NCBI GenBank assembly: GCA_951406725.2
Contig: OX597816.1
Location: 161,324,001 to 161,388,000, forward strand
DNA from: Octopus vulgaris
Lineage: Eukaryota
Direction: 5' to 3'
DNA length: 64,000 bases
Under the pieces are notes generated by a model. That model was not told where the DNA came from. It searched no databases and saw nothing but the letters and a program-made list of their open reading frames with translations. How positions within the stretch are numbered: position 1 is the first letter of the stretch; each line of letters opens with the position of its first letter. The translations under genes were made by a program, and so were the position numbers. Positions 50,771-64,000 of the stretch are shown piece after piece.

Positions 50771-52482
50771 CATATATATATATATATACACATACTCATA
50801 CATATATGTAAATATATATATATACATATACATACATGCACATACTATATATATATTCACATATACATATACATACATATATATATCATAAAATACATGT
50901 TTACACATGCACACAAATATACATGTTTGTGTGTGGGCGTGCATATCAGTGAATGTGTGTGAGCATTTATTTTCCATCTGTTTTTCGCATTGGCACCATT
51001 TAGGCAATTTTGATCTCCTGCTTTGTAATTATCACTTTGTAATTTCATTGGTTCCATTGTGTAAAGAGCAGTGGAATGTACAATGCCTTATTTAAAAAGA
51101 AACAAGTCAAAGCAGGTAATGATTGGCTGTAAGGAGGGCATCCAGCTATTGAATACAACTTTAATAAGTCTTGTCCAGTCTGTGCTTATATGGTAAAAGA
51201 TGACTAAAAGTAACAATGATATACACACACACATTCATAAAAACATACAATATTCATAAGCAATGTATTGAGTAGGTGTATTCTCTGACATACTTCATTA
51301 ACCATTACTCATGTATGTACACGATCATGAAGATTGATCACAGTTGTTTCTATGCATGTATCCAGCATGATTTTGGAGGGATAAGATGATCAAATAAGTT
51401 TCTTTTGATATTAACACTTGAGATTATAATGACCAATAGTATCTTTTGTATTAACATGACTTCATAACAAATGTGTTGGATCAGTTATACTTGACAAGAT
51501 GTAAATATTTTTGGTATATCTGAGAACAAACTAAAATTCAAATATGCCTTCCTGCACTTAACAATACAACATTGTTGTCATCCATCTTCTGGAGACACAG
51601 AGTCACTATAGCAGCAAATCTTCTGTGTCTATGAAGGGCTTATCTCCTTTATTACTTTTACTGGTGTCCACCTGAATTTGCAAGGGTCAACATGCATCTG
51701 TTAGCATCTCTTTCTCTTTGATTTGTCTCTTTTGTTCTTAACCGTTGTGATTAATAAGGAACCATATGTCTGCAGATAATTATGCTCTGTGTACCTTTGG
51801 CCTAGTGGTGACAGTTTGCAGGCAGGCTGTATGTACAGTTACTAGCTTTGTTATCATCTGAGAAAGTCTCCTCGTTCTGTAGAGCAACATGTGGAATTTG
51901 TTTTGCAAATGTAAAAATGAGTATCCTGTACATGTCAAATTAAACATTTGCTGCTGTACAAGATTTGATGTTGGATCAGAAAAACAAATATGATTCAAAT
52001 AACATGAATTCATACAAATTCCAAACTATTTTCTTCCTTTCTTATCGCCTGTTTTCTTGGTTTCTCTTGTCATTTTTACTCTTTTCTCCTTTGCTATTTT
52101 GCCCATTCTCTCCTTCCAATCAAACACATTATGCATATATTGGCGCTCAAAACTAAGTCTATAAACAACAAAACATCTATTCTGTGTTCTCTTCTATTCT
52201 AATAAGAATCAATACTAATCAATAGCAGAGTAGCCACGTAGTTGATAGGGCGTGTAATTGCAATGCATAGACAGTAGGTTCTCTTCCTTATAAAACACAA
52301 AAACAGCAGAAAACTTAGCTAAGAATGAAAGATCATGATTGCTGACGCTGTTGAAATGATAAAGGGGACACTTGTGGGATGGGAGAATGTAAATTAGGTA
52401 TGGTGAAAAGATATGGAATAGCTGGCTGTTAAGTTTATCAGTAAGAGACAAGCTAATATATAAATTTGTGCTTTAATCATCA

Positions 52483-52517
<35 letters not shown>

Positions 52518-53560
52518 AATCATTTGGTTTGAAATTTTGGCACAAGGTCAGCAAGTTCAATGGAGGGGGAAGTCATTTACATTGTGCTCAACTGGTACGT
52601 GTTTTATTGACCCTGAAATGATGAAAGACAACTTTGGTGGAATTTGAACTCCGAATGTAAAGATGACCATTCTTAAAAGTGGTTAGCAAGCCATTCTAGA
52701 GAATCAAAGCCTCTACAAATTTCTTACTATTGTTCTGTACCATTAAGCTAAGTGACCCCTGACATCATCATAATAATCATCTAATGTCCATTTTTTCATG
52801 GTTCTATGGATCAGGTGGAATTTGTTAAGGTAGATTTTCTGTGGCTGGATGCCCTTCCTAAACACTCACCTGTTTCCAAGCAAGACCAGACATGTCTTCC
52901 ATGGAAGACTGAAAATGAATAACTATCACTTGTGTGATAGTCATGCTCGCTTACAACCATCAAATGATGCTAGTCAAGACAAGGGTACACACACACACAC
53001 ACGCATATATATATTTTATAATAATGATAATAGTAATAATTGATGAAGGAAATGGAAGATAGATTTGGCACTAGTTTTCATTCAATACAATGATTATTTT
53101 GACCCATTCTGCTGCTGTCCTTTATGGGTTGGATATTGTGCATCTTAATTGTGTTGCATCAATCTGTGCAGTTTTCATCACATCAGGTGCATGCATAAAG
53201 AAGGGGGTATCCCGCTAGATATACTGAGATGTCCTAGATACATAGTTTGTGCTTGCTGTATCTTGGTTATAACTGGCTACAGTTGTATACATATATATAG
53301 TTGAAATTTACAGAAAAACAAAAGATGAAGACAGGTTTATAAACAATAAGCAGGTGTATTAGTTTGATGCCCGGGAAGGTGAGAAAGTCTTTTACGTTTC
53401 AGGCTTAGGGTTTTCAATAGAAAGGAACACAAAGAAATAAACAGAGACAGAATAAAAAAACTTTTGAATTTAGTGGTCAATCATGGTGGCTGATTGTGTG
53501 TGTGTGTCTGTGTATGTGTATATATAGATATATATATATATATATATATGCACACACACA

Positions 53561-53598
<38 letters not shown>

Positions 53599-54377
53599 TA
53601 TATATATGACGGGTTTCTATCAGTTTCCTTCTACCAGATCAACTCACAAGGCTTTGGTTGGCTTGAGGCTGTGTTAGAAGATACTTGCTTAAGGTACTAC
53701 ATAATGGGACTGAATCCAGAACCGTATGGTTGAGAAGCAAGCGTTTTACCACACAGCCATACCTGCACTTATATATATATATATATATAGTGTTTACTAT
53801 TTTCCTAACATTCTGGTCTAACGACCCACCATGTTTGTTTTCGCTTGGTTTCCTTGTATGTCTCCACTATCCCGTTTTTGTTCCCAACTTTGACCCTCCA
53901 TAAATCCAAAATTTTATTTTGGAATTTATGGCAGCAACTGTCTTTGAAGATTCATATTGTCATTGAATGCTCGAAATGAAGAGTAGATAGACAGCCAACA
54001 ACTGATGAAGTTCTCTGTGTTTACTTGTCCTGTTTTCCATTTTTTTCTTTCATTGTTTGCATATTTAACTTCATTGTTTTAAAATCCACTTTTCCGTGCT
54101 TGCATGGGTTGGATGGAATTCATTGAGGCAGATTTTTCTATGAGTGGATGCTCTTCTTGCCATTAATCTTCACCTTGTTTCCAAGTAAGGTAACATTTAC
54201 TCATAACAGACATGGTTTTCACAGAGGTTTGGTAATAAAGGACACCACCTGCATGACAGTGGCACTCGTTTACAACTATCATGTAGTGTCAAGGCAAGGC
54301 AAATACACATGTGCATGGGCACACACACACACACACACACGCACACACACATATATATTTATATATATTCTTTTATT

Positions 54378-54778
54378 CTTTTACTTGTTTCAGTCAATTG
54401 ACTGTGGCCATGTGAGGGCACTGCCTTTAATTGAGCAAATTGACCCCAGGACTTATACTTTGTAAGCCTAGTACTTATTCTATTGGTCTCTTTTGCCAAA
54501 TCGTTAAGTTACAGGAACATAAACACACCAGCATCGGTTGTCAAACAATGTTGGGGGGGGGGGGGGACAAACACAGACACACAAACATACACACAGACAC
54601 ACACACACACACACACACACACATACGACAGGCTTCTTACAGTTTCTATCTATCAAATCCACTCACAAGATTTTAGTCGACCCAAAACTATAATAGAAGA
54701 CACGTGTCCATGGTGCCATGCAGTGGAACTGAGCCCACGACTATGTGGCTGGTAAGCAAGTTACTTGCTACCACACAG
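54378..54778 (-). mobile_element. Family-A SINE
   Basis: Reverse complement of 46968-47405. Confidence 0.8.
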
Positions 54779-57164
54779 TGTATATATATACACCACAGGT
54801 GTCTTCCAGTTCCTGTTGACCAAATCCACTCAAGGTTTTGGTCAGCCCAGGACTATAGTAAAAGAGACTTACTCACGGTACTGCACAGTTTTATTGAACC
54901 CAGGACCATGTGGCTGAAAAGCAAACTTCTAATCACACAATCACAAATATGTGTATGCATGTATGTATATATAATCATTAAATAATGATGATGATGACAT
55001 GTAATCAAATATATATATCTAGTCCATACTGTAAAGTGGTTGCATTTGGAAGGGCATTCAGCTGTAAAGACCATGCCAAAACTGACCTCGTCTGTGCTTG
55101 TGCCATGTATAAAGCACTCAGTTCACTCTGGAAAATGGTTAGTGTTAGGAAGGGCATCTGGCTGTAAAACCCCTGTGAAAATAAATACAGAAGTATCTGG
55201 TGCAGGCTCCTGCCTGGCCAGCTCCTGTTAAACCATCCAATCCAAACCAGCATGGAAAGCAGATTTTAAATGATGATGATGATGATATGGAATTTTCTTC
55301 CTACTTTAAACTACAAAAAGCTTCATAGCTGTTGTTGTTGTTGTCATTACATAACAGTTTTCTTCTAAATAAACATTATGTAAGTCAGTCTTTTTCTCCT
55401 GTGTGTTGACATAATAAAACACAGAAAACAGCAATTTGAGCATGACTGAACACTGTGTTTTAATTTGTAACATTCCGAACATTTGACATCCATAAAGAAG
55501 AAACTATTCAAAGATTGTGCAAGTTAGCATTTCCTTGTTTCCATTTCTAAGGAAGGATGCTATAAATCTTTGGTGAGTGACATTTCACTCTGTAATGATA
55601 CATAGACAAAATCACCGAGGGACATGCGTATAGAGTCACAGATATATGGATGTAGTTTTAAGGACTTAGAGATAGATATTTATATAATGACATTGATATT
55701 TAGGATATAGATATGGAGATAGAAGTGAATTATCTCATTTATCATTAGTGTCAGTGACATACTGACAAGACTTATTTCTTTTCAAAGAAGGATATTCGCC
55801 CTCCTGTAAAGCCTCCAAAATGTGAGCTGAATGATTTTGTCAACATGTATTTTAAATTTAAGTTATAGCCATCATATGTAATATAATGAAGTGAAAAAAT
55901 TTAATTATTCTGCAATGAAGGGAAGAAATATGGCTCAGTTACCAATATCAATTTAATCTGATCTTAGAAACTAAGGGCAACAACTCTGGGTATGTTCCAA
56001 GCTTATTCCATCTCCTCAGCAAAGTATATGCCTTCTCTGTACTTGTGAGATTAATGGTCAGAGAATCACTAAATTGATGTAGAATGAAGTACATATGTAA
56101 GTCCCAAAAATTCAAACCCAGTTGATTAATATAGGGGGATACACTACAAAATATTCTATAAACAAATTCTAGAATGTTATGGAGAAACAATCCACTTCTG
56201 TATGACAGCAGGCCTTTGCAATGACTTGAGGTCAGAACTGAAAGCTAATGAAATGCTCATTGGTTATAATGCTACCCCAGTTTGAAGTTGATAACTGTAT
56301 TTAACATAGTAGATACTTACAACTACATGGTCTGGGTCAGCAATCACAAGATTCATAGTCATGTACATATATTGTCATGCATACTATCCAGTGACCTTTG
56401 ATCACCAGCTTGATACCTTTTTGGCTTAACATACCTTTCAGTTTTACTGAACCTACTCCTCAATGATTCCTATGTCCTCAACTTTGTTATGTTGCTATCA
56501 TGCTATAATTCTGGTTAAAGAAACCAAACATTTTAATCTTAATATGAATTTCTCAGTTACTAAGTTATTTTTAGAGGATTACGTAAAAGCAATTTTAAAA
56601 CTCTACTGCAGTTGCCAATGTGTTTACCTTCACAACCTTCATGTTCAGCTAAGGTTGTTCTGGGTGGTTTCCCAATTTTGAATCATAAACTCTCAAAATG
56701 TTATCAGAAGATTATGAACCTGAAAGGTAAAGAAATTTATTGTTCTTGATTAAGATGTATAAAATTTTCTTTCTGTAAATAATTCTTGTGGAAACATATG
56801 ATGTTACTGTCTTCAAAGCAAGCCATTGATAATCAATACCAATAATATTTTTAAAAAATATATAGTTAATTCCTTAATATAACTCATAAATGTTCTTAAA
56901 GAAAAAATGTTTTCTTGGATATCAAATAATTTGTAAATACTTTATTGTTTCATTTTAAACTTTACACATTGTTGCTGTGCTAAACAAATGTAAAGAAAAA
57001 TTGTAGTTGTCAGTAACTAGAGTTGTTGAGTCACTCATCCAAAGTAGATATACTTAAAGCTACAAGAAAAACATTATAATGAAGTATGTTGTATGATGAA
57101 GGAAAGTTTTAACTTTGTGATAGTTGTGTATGAAACAATATGACAGTTGTATTGTCATTACTAA

Positions 57165-58085
57165 CATCATTATCATCGTTTAATGTTTGCTTTTCATGCT
57201 GGCATGGGTTGGATGGTTTGACTGAAAACTGGTATGGGTGGGTGCACCTGGTTCCAATCTGATTTGGTAAGCTTTCATTGGCTGAATGCCCTTCCTAAAG
57301 CCAACCACTCCGAGAGTGTAGTGGGTGTTTTTTATGTGCCACTGGCATGGGTGTCATTGACCTGACACCAGTATCGGCCAAAACTATGGTCTCACTTGGC
57401 TTGACAGGTCAACACAAGCATGATATATCGCCAAGGGTCTCAGTCACCTGTCATTGCCTCCATGAGGCCCAATGCTCAAACAGTGCTTTTTACATGCCAT
57501 CAGCATGGGTGCCAGTAAGATGGCACTGCCATCAGCCATGACTATGATTTCACTTGGCTTGACAGGTTTTCACAACCACAGCATGTTGCCCAATGATTGA
57601 AGGGTGCTTTTAATGGCCGAGTTACGAGACACTGGCATAGGCCACAACTATGATCTCATTTTGCTTGATGAGTCTTCCCAAGCACGGCATATCACCAAAG
57701 GTCTCAGTCATTTGTCATTGTCTCTGTGAGATCCAACATTCAAAGATCATGCTTCATCACCTCATTTCACATCTTCCTGGGTCTACCTCTTCCACAAGTT
57801 CCCTCTACTGTAGAATGCAACACTTCTTCACACAGCTGTCCTCATCCATACGCATCACATGAACATACTACTACAGTCATCTCTCTTGCACACCACATCT
57901 GATGCTTCTTATGGCCAACTTTTTTCTTGGGACATTTACACTCTGTCATGCATACACGCTGACATTACACATCCAGCGGAGCATACTAGCTTCATTTCTT
58001 ACAAGCCTACGCATGTCCTCAGCACTCACAGCCCGTGTTTCACTACCATTTAGCATGGCTGTTCACACACAAGCATCCTACAGTC
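57165..58085 (-). mobile_element. 5'-truncated RTE LINE
   Basis: AMLNGSETRAVSAEDMRRLVRNEASMLRWMCNVS...IRCGVQER*L**YVHVMRMDEDSCVKKC..GTCGRGRPRK, then the 3' UTR. Confidence 0.88.
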
Positions 58086-58124
58086 AATAAATAATAGTAT
58101 TTGTTGATGTGTTTGAAGTATTAC

Positions 58125-58800
58125 CCTAAGTCAGCCCTGGCTGAACAGCAATAGGATCAAAAAGCATTCCAACTATGACCACCCTGTCTTTATAATTTTG
58201 AACAAATTTTAAACAAAATGTGCTTTGGACTACATTTCTCATTAAGTCCTTATCATAACAGTAGGATGGTGCTTGAAGGCAATTTAGTTGTTATTTCTAG
58301 CAGTAGATTGACCACATGGAGGTTCCATTGTTGGCTTGTCAGTTGTTGTTGCTGCTGTTCTTCTTCTTTCTGTTGCTGTTGTTGTTTAACCCTTAGTCAA
58401 TGCTGACTGAGCTGGCCTACTATGAAATACATTCTCATCATGACTACACATTTTTTCATTTCAAACTGCATTCATTATTCAACGTATAATTTCTTTTAAA
58501 GACAGTAGAATGGGATTTGAGAGATTCGGCTGCTATTTCTAGTAGGTCAAGCCATTTCTAGAGGCTCCCTAATTTCAATGGGAGATTTATCATTAGAAGT
58601 TGTTTAACCCTAGGGGTTGATTCATTAGATTTGTGATAAAAAGCATTCTTTCCATGACCATTTCATATTTTTAGGATTATGTATAGAATTACATTACCTA
58701 ATATAATCTTTCATCAAAAGAATAGGATGTGATTTGAGGAACATTTGGTTGCTGTTTCTAGCAAGCCACACCACTTTGTAGAAGCTTCCTTGTCATCTCA
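58125..58800 (+). repeat. Three tandem diverged copies of the old ~200-240-bp repeat
   Basis: Each begins TTAACCCT..GTCA and contains GATTTGA..GCTG.TATTTCTAG. Confidence 0.65.
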
Positions 58801-61274
58801 TTAGTTGCCAAGAGATAGTATTTCTGAATTAAATAGCTTTCATTGAGGTAACTTTTCTATAATCTTTGGACAACTATTTCTTTCTTTCTTTTTTTTTTTT
58901 TTTTGTTTTAGAATAAGACATTTTTTTATATGTGAAAAGAAACAATTATGTTTTAGCGAAAGGTTATATTTATGAAGTATGAAACAGCTTTGTATGAATT
59001 GTTACATAAACAAACATTGAAAAACTGTGTTGGCTACTGGAGACATTGAGATGATAATAATGGAGAATCAAAATAACTAGAGAAACAGATTTGTTAAGTT
59101 GTTCATTAAATCTCTAATATTCCTCTACTTACATTTGTGTGTGTGTGTGTGTATGTGTGTGTGTGTGTGTGTGTGTCTGTGTTTGTGTGTGTGTGTCTGT
59201 GTCTGTGTGTGTGTCTGTGTGTTTATATTGCTTCATGTAAAATAAGTATAACAATCTATTTTGGCACCATTATTGAAAACGAATTACAAACGTGCTTCTT
59301 CACTACAATAACAACTTTGTAGTTTATGTCAAGAAGAATTAATGTCTAAGAGAAGCAGACTGATGAACTTGCTTTCATGTTATCATTAGTATTGATTTAA
59401 TCCATATTCCATTGATATTAAGATCTTGATGCTTATATAGAAATGTATTTAAAGAGATGGACAAAAGACTGCCACAGTTGTTGCTAAAAGGAAAGAAAGA
59501 AAATTGGAAAGATCACTTCTATTTTTACTAGATTCTTTCCGCTGAATTTTCAATATTTCAAGGATTTCGCAACTCATCAAAGAATATCGATAATGATAGT
59601 CATATTGCTTTGCTTAGGTTGCAATAATATTTGGCATTTGTCAGGACTAGGTGATGTCAGTGTAGGAAGAAGAAATCTAGTTTGAAATATTTTATTATAA
59701 GTATTCAGATTCAATCGAGCACATGCAATACATGGACAAATCAATGTTGCCAGTCAGACTTTAGTTGAAAGTTAGTTTCTGATAAGTAAAGTAACTTACT
59801 GCTATAAAATTCTCTAATAGGTTGAGTAACCAGATTCAGATACGGGTTACTTTATACTTTTCTGTCATAAAACATACTTTGAACAATATATTTACAGTAA
59901 AAATTATGCATTTCATAATAAAAGAAAACCCTGAGCCGACACAGATTTTTAATACTAGCTTAACATCATGGTAAATTAATAACTAGAAACAGGCGTAATA
60001 TAATTTTGTTTGCAATCTGGTTCAGAGCAACCAAATAATAAACTAGGTAAGATTACAAGCGAATTTAGAACATTTTCAGCTAAACGCATAATTCAGTTTG
60101 TTTTTACCCTAAGTGACATTTTGTTTGCTAAACAAAAAAGAAAGAAAAAATTTGTAGTTAGCAGTCACAGTTAGAGAATCTTTACACTGTTTCTGAAAAT
60201 TCTTTTTTGTTCCTCTACAATCTGAGATCAAAATATGCCAGTGTCAACTAAATCCTTTGATCTCTTTTGGATCAATAAAATAAATATTAGGAATATGTTC
60301 AATTGACCATATTTTGACTGGAATCATTATTGGTTTTCGCTTTTTTGTTTGTTTTGTTTTTGTTTTTTGTGTATGTAGGAACAAAGTCTGTATATTTTAT
60401 AGGAGAGAAAATGGGGTACTACAATGTTCTGGCTTTTCCCAAGTGCATTAGTAGTATTCTTGAAGAGATTTAGCTTCAACGAGGAAGCTGAAAGCACAAT
60501 AAATCATTATTGCTAGAATATAACCATGCCATTTTCCCCACCCTCACACCTTCCTCTATAAATTTCAAGCCTTGCACATATATACGAAATTATTGTTGTG
60601 TAAAAGTAAACTTCTGTCTGGCAAATCACTCCTGTAACAGTTCTCAAACTGACAAACATCAGTTCCATTCAACCAAAAAAGAAAATATGAATAAAAATTC
60701 TTGGTACTGCCACCTCTTTGTTAATGAGAAGACAAAACAGAGTTTACTTGAGGAGGATTCTTCTTTCTTCATCATAGTGCTAAATACCATTATCATCATA
60801 TAATCATTTAATGTCCATTTTTTCGTGCTGGCATGAGTTGGATGGTTTGATAGGAGGTGCACCAGATCTGTTTTTGCATGATTCCTACAGTTGGATGCTC
60901 TTCCTAATGCCATTTGCTTCACAAAGTGTACTGGTTGCTTTTTATGTGACACCATCACTGATGTTTTTTACATGACACCAGCACCGGTGCTTTTTATGTG
61001 GCACCAACACTAGTACTTTTTAGTTGGCATCAAAAACACCATCTTAAATTTATCAAACATGGCAATTTACTTGATGATCCTTTCATTCCTTCCCTTAAAG
61101 GGAGCTGTCCTTCCCCATGAAAAATACCATGTTTGATGGCTGATACTGTAACAAAAAGATGAACCTGAGATAGTTGCATTTCTTCAACTTTATATTCCTG
61201 TGTATGATTTCATTTTTATATCAGGACAGGAGGTGGCAAACCAATAACAAAATGTCCAATCCATGTCAGCATGA

Positions 61275-61597
61275 GTGGTAAGTAGCTTGCTTACAAACCA
61301 CATGGTTCCGGGTTCAGTCCCATTGCGTGGCACCTTGGGCAAGTGTCTTCTACTACAGCCTCGGGCCAACCAGAGCCTCGTGAGTGGATTTGGTAGACGG
61401 AAACTGAAAGAAGCCCATCGTATATATGTATATGTATATATTTGTGTGTGTGTGTGTTTGTGTGTCTGTGTTTGTCCCCCCAACGTCACTTGACAACTAG
61501 GCTTACATAGAATAAGTCCTGGGGTCGATTTGATCGACTAAAGGTGTGCTCCAGCATGGCCCACAGTCAAATGACTGATACAAGTAAAGAGTAAAGA
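61275..61597 (+). mobile_element. Family-A SINE with internal deletion
   Basis: Jumps from CTTGACAAC to TAGGCTTAC relative to the 46968 copy. Confidence 0.85.
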
Positions 61598-62077
61598 GAT
61601 GGGAAGTAGACATCAAATGACGATAATGAAGGGCATAGTTTAGACAGGGGTCTCTTTTTAGACAGTTCTGCAACTTGGTTTCAATTTCAAATTGGGAATG
61701 TTTCATTGTATTTACATCACAACAAAAGATATAAATGCTTTCCACTTCCCATTAAATTGTCAGTCCATGATTTGATCTCTTTCACCTCATACCATTAAAG
61801 TTCTTGGGAAAATTATAAAATTTACAATTTTCATTTCCCTTTCTCTAAAAATATCGAGTTCCATACTAAATATGAGAAACTATTGTTTCATTGTTTGGAA
61901 ATGAAAGTAACTGAAACCAAGTCTGTAAAATAATTTTGATCCAGCGTCTCTGAGAAATCTCTTTCCATAGTGTTCTCTGACTAATATATTCTAAAATATG
62001 CTATTTTTTTCTGAGCCAGCTTATGCACTGTACCCTGACATCTGCTTAGTTAACCTCTTATCACTACTTTAGCAAGT

Positions 62078-62461
62078 GGAGGCGCAATGGCCCAGTGGTT
62101 AGGGCAGCGGACTCGCGGTCATAGGATCGCGGTTTCGATTCCCAGACCGGGTGTTGTGAGTGTTTATTGAGCGAAAACACCTAAAGCTCCACGAGGCTCT
62201 GGCAGGGGATGGTGGTGATCCCTGCTGTACTCTTTCACCACAACTTTCTCTCACTCTTACTTCCTGTTTCTGTTGTACCTGTATTTCAAAGGGCCGGCCT
62301 TGTCACTCTCTGTGTCACGCTGAATATCCCCGAGAACTATGTTAAGGTTACACATGTCTGTGGAGTGCTCAGCCACTTACACTTTAATTTCACGAGCAGG
62401 CTGTTCCGTTGATTCGGATCAACCGGAACCCTCATCGTCGTAACCGACGGAGTGCTTCAAG
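62078..62461 (+). mobile_element. Full-length tRNA-Arg-like SINE (family C)
   Basis: A-box TGGCCCAGTGG, TCG anticodon-like loop, B-box GTTTCGATTCC; 12-bp TSD ACTTTAGCAAGT (62066-62077, 62462-62473). Confidence 0.9.
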
Positions 62462-63027
62462 ACTTTAGCAAGTATGGTGGAGTCTGTAGTTGGCTGAAGA
62501 AGTTTTATTAGACCAAAACCTATCTAGAACTGTCTTCCATACTTGCAAGAATAATTCAAATAATATTAATTGTTGATTAATATTGCATAATTATTTAAAA
62601 TTTTTTACAATTAAACATGTTAAAACTTAACTACTGCCATTCGTTAATGTATATGAGAATGTGAGAATTTTACTTTTCCCTTCTGTATTACAAATGTAAA
62701 GTTTGATATCTTTGTCAAGAATTATCATTATTGTTGTGTCTGAAGAACAAGATGAGCATTAAAGTTATAACTATTGAGAAGATAGTAGATACACAACAAC
62801 AATGAAGTATGTATTATATACTATAATTATTTATAAGACAGACAAGGATTCTGGATTATTTTTTCCATTTTTTTTTACTTAATTTTAGAGAGTGGTCGGG
62901 TTCATTTTTAGTATTCCCATTTGTAAGAGCAGTCAAGTTTATTTCAGACATTCTCATTTTAAAAATCATCTCTGGCAATCGTCACTATATGTGCATGTTT
63001 GTGTGTGTGTATGTGTGTGTGTGTGTA

Positions 63028-63058
<31 letters not shown>

Positions 63059-63940
63059 TTGTGTTTGTGCCTTCCCATCTTGGTGTCACCTAATGAGTGC
63101 CACCATCGTACAAGTGGTGTTATTCACTTGCAATCTTCCATGAAAACATGTCTGACTGTATGGAAGCATTACCTTGCTTAGAAACAAATAAGGGTTAGCA
63201 ACAGGAAAGGCATCCAGCCAGGGAAAATCTTCTTTGACCAGTTCCATCTGACCCATGCAAGCATAGAAAAGTGGGCTTTTAAAAAAAAGGGAAAGCTAAA
63301 ATAGGAACATTTGTCTTTAAGACTGCATTTGCAATCATTGCATTCCATCAACTCCTGATTCAAAATGTTATCTATCTCTAAACACAATGTCCAATAGTCT
63401 TCTTGCAATATTCTTGTAGAAGTTTTTCTTGCAGTTATCAAATCCATAATTTATTATTTCCATTCTCATTTTTATATTATTTATAGAATGATGCAGGAAT
63501 CAAGAATTAAGTTTGTCAGATTTTAAAGTAAAATGATTCCATGTCCGTTTTATTATCTGTGAGACAGCATCTTGAAGGATGCACTCTCCACCACCAGTTG
63601 AAATCAACCAGTGTGCATGGGTGTGTGTGTCATCCCATTAGCATCTTTACTTCTTAATTTTGTATTATTTATTTTTGTGTATTGCTTTTAATTGCTTTAT
63701 AACATAATTTTTTGAAAGCCCATGCGACTTTCACAGAAACCATTATTATCATTAGTGTTATTATTTTTGTTGTTGTTGTTGCTAAAGACCATAGTGATGG
63801 TGGTGGTGGTGGTGGTGGTGGTGGTAGTGGCAGAACTTTTTTCTTTCTAAGGAACATTAAATTGATTCTATAGAATATGGTAATAATAATATTGATATTT
63901 GTTATTCATAGAATGTTTTTTTTCTCTTTCTCTCTTGCAG

Positions 63941-63996
63941 AGTGGCGGTATTACCAGATGACAGTTTCAACCATGTTTTACAGTGCAGCAATAACG
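63941..63996 (+). CDS. Probable 56-nt internal exon of an unidentified gene
   Basis: Long polypyrimidine tract ending TTGCAG and ACG|GTAA donor at the window edge. Two open frames: VAVLPDDSFNHVLQCSNN or WRYYQMTVSTMFYSAAIT. Confidence 0.55.
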
Positions 63997-64000
63997 GTAA

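Noticed and set aside
60403-60450. Peptide NGVLQCS echoing NHVLQCS of the 63941 exon (possible duplicated exon)
   Set aside because: Only five residues match, a stop follows shortly and there is no convincing donor; likely chance.
62078-62155. tRNA-like sequences (also 10523-10601, 14570-14645, 15378-15445)
   Set aside because: No proper acceptor stem, and each continues into a repeat body; they are SINE heads.

Overview
AT-rich, microsatellite-saturated eukaryotic genomic DNA with no long ORF. The repeat landscape (tRNA-headed SINEs with internal (CA/TA)n, RTE 3' tails ending in (GAT)n, mariner relics) resembles an octopod cephalopod genome; this is an inference from sequence character only. 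The window reads as one or more very large introns of a probably plus-strand gene, whose best exon candidate is 63941-63996. Recognisable content: degenerate Penelope-like elements (PLE; RT and GIY-YIG), RTE LINE 3' ends, three mariner relics, a young non-autonomous Helitron, Tc1-, hAT- and piggyBac-type MITEs, and several SINE families. Two signals stand out. (1) Several unrelated small non-coding elements carry type I hammerhead-ribozyme cores, one fused to a tRNA-like Pol III head with a PLE-style inverted structure and a 12-bp target-site duplication (TSD). (2) Several long hairpins pair through G-U only on the plus strand and contain A-C mismatches, suggesting selected pre-mRNA structure (candidate ADAR substrates). 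All alignments, folds and translations were done by eye; boundaries of degenerate repeats are approximate.
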